Part shown: in pieces, positions 57,181-64,000 of the stretch
Layout of the letters: every line of letters begins with the position of its first letter
Position numbering within the stretch: the first letter of the stretch is position 1
Virus record (IMG/VR): IMGVR_UViG_3300010885_031189
Coordinates: 1 to 64,000 of that record
DNA: 64,000 nt
Direction: 5' to 3' (one strand)
Origin: a virus
The notes under the pieces: generated by a model
What the model was told of the DNA's origin: nothing
Databases searched by the model: none
What the model saw: the letters and a program-made list of their open reading frames with translations, nothing else
Position numbers and translations under genes: made by a program

Positions 57181-58055
57181 TATATAAATCCTCCTTGCTT
57201 GACCAGTCTACCAGCAGCAAAATCTTCTAAATTAAACTTAGATATAACCTTTTTGCTATATACTGGTTGTAATGTTATTGATAGACTACTAGTGACAGGT
57301 AATCTGGTAAAATCAGAATCAACTGGGATAGCAATATAATCAACATCAGGAGATAATGTATGTTGAAATTGGGTAATAACACACGGTACATGTGGGAAAT
57401 AATGACTACCGTATCCATCTAAAAATACCATAGGTGGTGGATTTCCTCTATGATCACCACTACCAAAAAACATTTTAGTAGCTGCTCTAAAAAAGTATAT
57501 ACATGCTAGTAAATATGCCCCTTCTGTTTCATTTTGAACAGTAAAATCTCCTGCTATGTTTATAGCTTGTACTTCACTATTTTCATACGCTTGTGCAGAA
57601 TAATTACTATGTGTAAATTTCTGTACACCATATGAAGCAGTATGTACTACTGTTATATTAGGGGTATATGGAAAAATTACCCCACTCGTCGATTGTAATG
57701 GAGCCATCACTCCACTTGATGCACTATTATACAATAACCCTGATGCTACACTTATTTTAACACGCCAATCATTGGCATTATTTGATGATGTAATTTTAAG
57801 TGGGGGTGGTGAGCGAGTGCCACCACCACGAACTAACCCATTGCTAGATAATCTTTCTGCTACTAGATCGGCCTGATCTGGTATGCCGCGAGAACGCAAG
57901 GTTACAGGAGCGAACGGGTCTCCGCTGCCGTCAAGACTGGAATAATCGAGGCCCCCTCCACTTGCAAAATCTGTTGCAGATGTCCCTGCTGATTCGTCAC
58001 TATCCCATGATCCATTTCCACTTCCTACTACAGTACCATCATACGTTATTGGCAT
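57180..58055 (-). CDS. Tail tube initiator/baseplate-tube junction protein (gp48/gp54-like)
   Basis: VIFPYTP.I, GNPPP...L.GYG...F..VPCVIT motifs of the tube-initiator fold. Confidence 0.6.
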   Translation of the reverse strand: MPITYDGTVVGSGNGSWDSDESAGTSATDFASGGGLDYSSLDGSGDPFAPVTLRSRGIPDQADLVAERLSSNGLVRGGGTRSPPPLKITSSNNANDWRVKISVASGLLYNSASSGVMAPLQSTSGVIFPYTPNITVVHTASYGVQKFTHSNYSAQAYENSEVQAINIAGDFTVQNETEGAYLLACIYFFRAATKMFFGSGDHRGNPPPMVFLDGYGSHYFPHVPCVITQFQHTLSPDVDYIAIPVDSDFTRLPVTSSLSITLQPVYSKKVISKFNLEDFAAGRLVKQGGFI

Positions 58056-58089
58056 ATTTATATTCCTAGAAACATAGTTTCCTATATTA

Positions 58090-58097
58090 TATTTATG
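58090..58097 (-). promoter_or_regulatory. Late promoter-like CATAAATA at the head of the baseplate operon
   Basis: Divergent from the gp55 promoter. Confidence 0.55.
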
Positions 58098-58130
58098 AAG
58101 AACGAAATATGCTTAGTTTATAGCAAAAGG

Positions 58131-58160
58131 TTGACATTTGGTATCATTTTATGATACTAT
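58131..58160 (+). promoter_or_regulatory. sigma70-type promoter with palindrome
   Basis: TTGACA-N18-TACTAT; GTATCAT-TTT-ATGATAC at 58141-58157. Confidence 0.65.
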
Positions 58161-58187
58161 TGTAAATACTTCATCTAGGGAGATACA

Positions 58188-59081
58188 GTGAAATCAAATT
58201 ATCTAAATAATAAAGACATACTAAAAGAAATTCATAGAAGCAAATCTACTTACTGCTCCTTTATATCAAAAGACTTAGCCGACTATGATATTATTATCCA
58301 TTCAATTAATAACATCACTCAAGAAACAGTTGATCAGGCTAGAATTAATAGGGCAGATCGGTTATCTAGGCTAGCACTTGATGCCGCAAATGCATTAGGT
58401 GAAAAAAGAAAATTAGAGGAATTTGCAATCGATCCAGATACTGTTCTATCCACTGATGTAGTAATACGATTGATGACTTGGGATCATGTCCCAATTGATG
58501 ATATCAAAACTAAAAAAGCTGAGGCTGCTCAGGCTGAACTTGAAGAAAATGAACCAGTTCATACTGAATATGATGATGATGATGAAGTAGAAACAAAACT
58601 GTCTCCCTCAACTACTAGGTATGTAAAATGTAACTTCCCACCATTTCAACATTTTAAAGTTGATACCACTAATACTCCAATTTGTGTAGGCAAAAGCCAT
58701 TGGACAGGTGATCTAGTCACCGGTAGTTGGAGTCGTGATCACGGTGCTATGACAAAAACATTAGCCATAATGTTCATGAAACTATGTGAACGATATGCCA
58801 CTCGTAGTAATTGGCGCGGGTATACTTATAATGATGAAATGCGTAGTCAGGCCCTATTACAATTAAGCCAAATCGGATTGCAATTTGATGAGAGTAAATC
58901 AGCGAATCCTTTTGCATACTACACTGCTGCAGTGACCAATTCTTTCACTAGAGTGCTAAATATAGAGAAGCGTAATCAAAATTTGCGTGATGATATATTA
59001 GAAATGAACAACGTGAACCCATCTTATACGAGACAGGGTATGAGTTCAGGAATGCACTATGGTGACGGAGATCATGATTGA
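58188..59081 (+). CDS. gp55: Late transcription sigma factor (T4 gp55-like)
   Basis: NYLNNKD, NWRGYTYNDEM and FDESKSANPFAYYT....NSF motifs; upstream of gp47/gp46 as in T4-like phages. Confidence 0.88.
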   Translation: MKSNYLNNKDILKEIHRSKSTYCSFISKDLADYDIIIHSINNITQETVDQARINRADRLSRLALDAANALGEKRKLEEFAIDPDTVLSTDVVIRLMTWDHVPIDDIKTKKAEAAQAELEENEPVHTEYDDDDEVETKLSPSTTRYVKCNFPPFQHFKVDTTNTPICVGKSHWTGDLVTGSWSRDHGAMTKTLAIMFMKLCERYATRSNWRGYTYNDEMRSQALLQLSQIGLQFDESKSANPFAYYTAAVTNSFTRVLNIEKRNQNLRDDILEMNNVNPSYTRQGMSSGMHYGDGDHD

Positions 59082-60792
59082 CGAAATAGCTAGACTACAA
59101 AAACTAAAGCGTCTAACAATGGACTTGTTATTCAAGTCTGTTGTTTGGAATAAGCTTTCATTATACAAAAGTGAATACATAACTGATCCTCGTCAGATAT
59201 TGTATCATGCTTCTATTGATTCATTGATTGTCCCTACTTGTTTTTGTGGGGGCTCATTAAAATGGCACCCTGACAAAAGAATGTATAGATCATTTTGTTC
59301 AACGAAATGCACTGCCATTGGAACTATAGAAAAATCTAGAGTTACTAATTTAGAAAAATATGGCAGTCACTATACACAAACCTCTGAATACAAAGATAAA
59401 GTAAAACAAACCTCTTTGAATAAATTTGGCGTTGACCATTATAGTAAAAGTAGTGAGTTTTCTCAACGAATAAAAGAAACCAATTTAGCTACTTATGGGG
59501 TTGAACATCCATCCCAAAATATAGAAATACAGAAAAAGATAGTAAAAAAGTTTATTGAAAACTACGGTGAAACTAATCCAATGTTAGTTCAATCTGTAAA
59601 AGATAAAATTGAAAAAACAAATATAGATCGGTATGGTTTCAAAAATGCTGCTCAAAATACACAGGTTCAACTAAAGACAGCAGATACTAATCGTAAGAAA
59701 TATGGTGTAGGTAATGCCATGCAAAATAATACAATTTCTAATAAAGCCATCTTAACTAGAAAACAGAATTACTATAGTGAAGATGTATTAGCTAAATTAT
59801 CCAATCCTACTTGGCTTTCTGAACAAAATGAAACAATGAGCATTGCAACTCTAGCTACTAAGTTAGAAGTAAGTTCAAGTAATCTATGTAAATATTTTCA
59901 CAAGTATGGTATTGAAATTAAACAACATAGTACTACTGAACTAGAACAAAAAATGGTAGATTATTTTGTGGGCAAAGGTATAAAGGTTGAATTGAAAAAT
60001 AGAACTCTTATATCCCCTAAAGAAATTGATCTGTACTTTCCAGATTTAAAACTAGGGATAGAAATAAATGGATTTTATTGGCATTCCGAAGAATTTCAAA
60101 AAAATAAGTTCTACCATTTGAATAAGTCCATTGCTGCAGAACAAGCAAATATAGAACTATGGCATTTCTGGGATTGGGAACTTATTGATCATTGGGATAT
60201 AATTATTAGTAAAATTGAACATAAAGCCAATCTTAGTAAAAGACTATATGCTAGAAAATTAAACATTAAACTAGTTGATGCCAAAGAAAAATTATCGTTC
60301 CTACAAAGAAATCATATTCAACAGGATTGTGCCAGTTCAGTGAATATAGGACTATATGATAATGATCAATTAGTAATGATCGCTACTTTCGGAAAAAGTA
60401 GATTCGCTAAAAAAATGGATTGGGAATTACTGCGTCTCGCAGCAGAACAAAAAACTTCAATCGTAGGTGGTGCTTCTAAATTGTTATCCGAATTCGTTAA
60501 TAATCATATGCAATCAGGAGAAAAGTTAGTAAGTTATTGTCACCGGAGATTTAGTACCGGAAATGTATATAAGAAATTACAATTTGAACTGTCACATACT
60601 ACCAGCCCTGGATATTGCTACAGTAGGCGTGGGTTACCAGCCGGATCCAGGAATAAATGGCAAAAACATAAATTAGAAAAGTTGTTACCGGTGTTTGATA
60701 CCACATTATCTGAATCTCAAAATATGCAAGCGAATGGTTATTGGAAAGTTTGGGATTGCGGACAATATGTTTTCACTTATACTAAGCCGTAG
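59074..60792 (+). mobile_element. Free-standing homing-endonuclease-like gene (Zn finger + TNxxKYG repeats + PD-(D/E)xK-like + GNAT-like C-terminus)
   Basis: CFCGG..CSTKC, six repeats of about 24 aa, EIDLYFPDLKLGIEINGFYWH; inserted between gp55 and gp47. Confidence 0.7.
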
Positions 60793-60796
60793 TAGT

Positions 60797-60825
60797 TTGC
60801 AATTCATATTACAATCTGATATAAT
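60797..60825 (+). promoter_or_regulatory. sigma70-type promoter (likely leaderless transcript)
   Basis: TTGCAA-N17-TATAAT with TGn extension; ATG 7 nt downstream. Confidence 0.7.
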
Positions 60826-60831
60826 AGCTAG

Positions 60832-61848
60832 ATGAGTAATTTATTCAAAAAATCACTAGTTATCACGGATATACATTTCGGCCTAAAGTCAAACAGTATC
60901 TTACATAATGAAGACTGTTTGGCTTTTATCCGATGGGCTACTAAATTAGCAAAAGAACAAGGATGCGAATCCTGTATCTTCATGGGGGATTACCATAATA
61001 ATCGGGCTACTGTAAATGTACAGACTCTTAGCTATTGTATGCAAGGACTTGAACATCTAAGTGAAAACTTTGACCAAGTATTCTTCATCCCTGGTAATCA
61101 CGATCTGTTCTTTAGAGATAAACGAGATATTCATAGTTCGGCTTGGGCTAAACATCTTTCAAATGTAATTATCTGTAATGATTGGTTCAAATCAGGAGAT
61201 GTTACCATTGTGCCGTGGTTAGTTGGTGATGACTTCAAACAAATACCAAAAGTGGATACTAAATACACATTCGGACACTTTGAACTACCACATTTTTATA
61301 TGAATGCTATGGTTCGTATGCCTGAACATGCTGGTATTCAACGAGAAGACTTTGTTAATACGCAACATGTGTTTAGTGGGCACTTTCATAAACGCCAATC
61401 TCACCAAAATATCACTTATATTGGAAACTGCTTTCCACATAACTATGCGGATGCAGGAGATGATGATAGAGGATGCATGATTTTAGAATGGGGTCAACCA
61501 CCAGAATTCCATGCTTGGCCTGATCAACCAGTATATCGCGTATATAACCTAAGTGATGTACTTGAGAACACAGATAAGCTATTATTAGCTGGAATGCACG
61601 CCCGTGTAAACTTGGATATTGATATTTCATATGAAGAAGCATCTTTCATTAAGGATACCTTCATGGAAACATACAAATTGAGAGAAATTAAACTGATAGC
61701 TCACCAAAACAATTCACTAGATGGTAATATGTCACTAGGAAATATCACTTTCCAAAGTGTAGACCAGATTGTATCTGAAAACTTGACTTCAATTGCTAGT
61801 GAACATTATGACCCTAAGGTATTACTGGACATTTACCGAAATCTCTGA
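60832..61848 (+). CDS. gp47: Recombination endonuclease subunit (Mre11/SbcD-like)
   Basis: TDIHFG, GDYH, GNHD, GHFE and SGHFH metallophosphoesterase motifs. Confidence 0.93.
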   Translation: MSNLFKKSLVITDIHFGLKSNSILHNEDCLAFIRWATKLAKEQGCESCIFMGDYHNNRATVNVQTLSYCMQGLEHLSENFDQVFFIPGNHDLFFRDKRDIHSSAWAKHLSNVIICNDWFKSGDVTIVPWLVGDDFKQIPKVDTKYTFGHFELPHFYMNAMVRMPEHAGIQREDFVNTQHVFSGHFHKRQSHQNITYIGNCFPHNYADAGDDDRGCMILEWGQPPEFHAWPDQPVYRVYNLSDVLENTDKLLLAGMHARVNLDIDISYEEASFIKDTFMETYKLREIKLIAHQNNSLDGNMSLGNITFQSVDQIVSENLTSIASEHYDPKVLLDIYRNL

Positions 61849-63614
61849 TGCTAAAAATCAAATCAATAACTGCTAAAAATTTCCTGTCAATTGGTAATGT
61901 TACACAAAGCGTAAATTTAGATCGTACTGACTTAACCCTAATCCTCGGTGAAAACTTGGACTTGGGTGGAGATGACTCTGGTTCTAGAAACGGAGTAGGA
62001 AAAACAGCTATATTACATGCAGTAAGCTATGCTCTGTATGGCGCTGCTCTAACTAGTATCAAAAAAGACAATCTTATCAATCGTACTAACGGGAAGAATA
62101 TGCTTGTTACGGTTGAATTTGAAAAAGACGGAATAGAATATCGCATTGAACGAGGACGTAAACCAAATGTCATGCGATTCTATGTGGGCAGTGTAGAACA
62201 ACAAGTTACAGATGAAAGTCAAGGAGACAGTAGAGAAACGCAAACTGTAATTGAGCGTTTACTTTGTATGAGTCATACAATGTTCAAACATATTGTTGCT
62301 CTTAACACTTATACTGAACCTTTTCTAAGTCTAAAGGCCAATGAACAACGGGAAATCATTGAACAACTACTTGGTATCACATTATTGAGTGAAAAGGCCG
62401 ATCTTTTAAAAGAACGAGTTCGTAATAGCAAAGATTCTATCACTCAAGAAGAGTTCAGGATAAAAGCAACCAATGATGCGAACAAACGAATTGAGGAACA
62501 GATTACTGCACTCAAGCGCAGACAAACAATGTGGTTAACCAAGCATACTTCTGATTGTTCAGACTTAGTGGCCGCGTATGATCAATTGAATCAAATTGAC
62601 ATTGATGTAGAAATTGCTTCCCACAAGTCACTAGCTCTGTATAATCAAAAGAAAACAACAATCGATACCATTGTTGCTTCTTCCAAAAGGACAACAACTG
62701 ATTTGGCTAAGGAAGAAAAGACCTCGGCTAAGTTGGCATTGGAAATTACTTCGTTGCAAGATCATAAGTGTTATGCTTGTGGTCAGGATATGCATGATCA
62801 AACACATGAAAGTGTGTTAGCTGCAAAAATCAAGCTACTAGATGAATCAAATTCTCAAATTGCAACCTACAAAGAACAAATTAGTGCATATGCTAGTGAA
62901 ATTTTAAAATTAGGTGATATTGGTATTGCACCGACTGTATTCTATGATTCGGAGTCTGATGCAGTTGAACATAGATCAAGCTTAGCAAGTTTACAAACTC
63001 AATTGAATACAAAAAATGCAGAGATTGATCCGTATGCTGATCAAATTTCAGAAATGATTAGAACTGCCCTTGAAGTTGTTAGTTATGATACAATTAATTC
63101 ATTGACTAGTATGAAGGATCATGAAGAGTTTTTATTGAAATTATTAACTAACAAAGATAGTTTTATTCGTAAGAAGATTATTGATCAAAACTTGTCATAT
63201 TTGAATCTACGACTAGGATATTATCTAGAAAAGATTGGATTGCCGCATCAAGTTGAATTCCAGAATGACCTAACTGTTAATATTACTGAACTTGGACGAG
63301 ACCTTGATTTTGATAATTTGTCCAGGGGAGAACGTAACCGTTTGATATTGAGTTTAAGTTGGGCATTCCGAGATGTATGGGAAAGTTTGTATCAAAGTAT
63401 TAATTTGTTATTTGTTGATGAGTTAGTAGATTCAGGGTTAGATTCAAGTGGAATGGAAAGTGCATTAGCAATTCTAAAGAAGATTAGCCGAGATAGCAAG
63501 AAAAGTGTGTGGCTAGTAAGTCACCGAGATGAATTAGTGGCCCGAGTAGAGAACATCCTTAGAGTAACCAAGTCTAATGGATTCACTACATATGGGTCAG
63601 ATGTAGAGATTTAA
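61848..63614 (+). CDS. gp46: Recombination ATPase subunit (Rad50/SbcC-like)
   Basis: KNFLS, NGVGKT, zinc hook CYAC, LSRGE, LLFVDE and VSH motifs. Confidence 0.95.
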   Translation: MLKIKSITAKNFLSIGNVTQSVNLDRTDLTLILGENLDLGGDDSGSRNGVGKTAILHAVSYALYGAALTSIKKDNLINRTNGKNMLVTVEFEKDGIEYRIERGRKPNVMRFYVGSVEQQVTDESQGDSRETQTVIERLLCMSHTMFKHIVALNTYTEPFLSLKANEQREIIEQLLGITLLSEKADLLKERVRNSKDSITQEEFRIKATNDANKRIEEQITALKRRQTMWLTKHTSDCSDLVAAYDQLNQIDIDVEIASHKSLALYNQKKTTIDTIVASSKRTTTDLAKEEKTSAKLALEITSLQDHKCYACGQDMHDQTHESVLAAKIKLLDESNSQIATYKEQISAYASEILKLGDIGIAPTVFYDSESDAVEHRSSLASLQTQLNTKNAEIDPYADQISEMIRTALEVVSYDTINSLTSMKDHEEFLLKLLTNKDSFIRKKIIDQNLSYLNLRLGYYLEKIGLPHQVEFQNDLTVNITELGRDLDFDNLSRGERNRLILSLSWAFRDVWESLYQSINLLFVDELVDSGLDSSGMESALAILKKISRDSKKSVWLVSHRDELVARVENILRVTKSNGFTTYGSDVEI

Positions 63615-63705
63615 CTGTTTATGCGGATGAACAATAAACCTAAAATAGTAAATGAAACCGATTGATTTAGCACCAATCACCCCGCATAAGCAGTTACTTT
63701 TTTTT
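63612..63705 (+). other. Long stem-loop followed by a T8 run (terminator-like or small structured RNA)
   Basis: TAACTGTTTATGCGG / CCGCATAAGCAGTTA 15-bp stem (one G.U) enclosing 55 nt. Confidence 0.55.
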
Positions 63706-63751
63706 AGCAGTGATGTAGGAACGATAAGTACTTCACGATGAGAATTTATAA

Positions 63752-64000
63752 ATGAGTGGATCAAAGAGTAAGAACAAAGGCAATTCGTGGGAACGCACTG
63801 TTGCCAAATTTCTATCTGATTTGTATTCCGCTCCGTTTATTAGAACTCCCCATAGTGGAGCATTCATTGGAGGCATGAACTCAATAAGAAAGCAATCATT
63901 GAGTGAAAGCCAAATCAAGAATTTCAAGGGAGACATTATACCCCCTGAAACTTGGAAAAAGTTTAACTGTGAAGCAAAGTCGTATGCTGACTTTCCGTTT
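63752..64000 (+). CDS. Holliday junction resolvase-like PD-(D/E)xK nuclease (3'-truncated, not in ORF track)
   Basis: MSGSKSKNKGNSWERTVA...SGA...GDII...CEAK, an Hjc-like pattern; runs off the window. Confidence 0.75.
   Translation, partial: MSGSKSKNKGNSWERTVAKFLSDLYSAPFIRTPHSGAFIGGMNSIRKQSLSESQIKNFKGDIIPPETWKKFNCEAKSYADFPF

Noticed and set aside
63733-63936. Minus-strand 67-aa ORF
   Set aside because: Antisense to the plus-strand resolvase-like gene starting at 63752.
1-64000. Stop-codon reassignment, tRNA or rRNA genes
   Set aside because: Known genes are full length in the standard code and all three stops are used. I saw no cloverleaf or rRNA-like segment in the short intergenic gaps; this was not checked with a scanner.

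Overview
A 64 kb AT-rich segment of a large T4-like (myovirus-type) tailed phage genome in the standard genetic code. I saw no tRNA, rRNA or CRISPR array. Plus strand 1-30.6 kb: a 5'-truncated modular polyprotein-like gene, virion accessory genes, a candidate structured RNA, replication genes (DsbA-like, family B DNA polymerase, sliding clamp), a 7-deazaguanine DNA-modification cluster (dpdA-like, dpdL-like, folE, queD, queE, no queC in the window) interleaved with a glycosyltransferase, a MazG-like gene and a GalE-like epimerase, an SF2 helicase-HNH fusion, RNase H, a MoxR/VWA pair, DHFR and thyA. Minus strand 30.6-58.1 kb: a GIY-YIG gene, then tail fibre and baseplate genes (gp6-, gp25-, gp5-, gp53-like). 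Plus strand 58.2-64 kb: gp55-like late sigma factor, a homing-endonuclease-like gene, gp47/gp46 (Mre11/Rad50) and a truncated resolvase-like gene. Two promoter classes are visible: sigma70 TTGAC-N17-TATAAT and late NATAAATA. The top candidate for an undescribed system is the first gene. Unrelated small domains (RyR-like, SH3-like, RMF-like) are joined in frame by a 13-bp repeat GGTGTGGCGGAAG conserved at the nucleotide level and encoding GVAE, which resembles a prohead-protease site. This suggests a shuffled cassette array of virion-delivered effectors. All family assignments come from motif recognition by eye; no searches were run.
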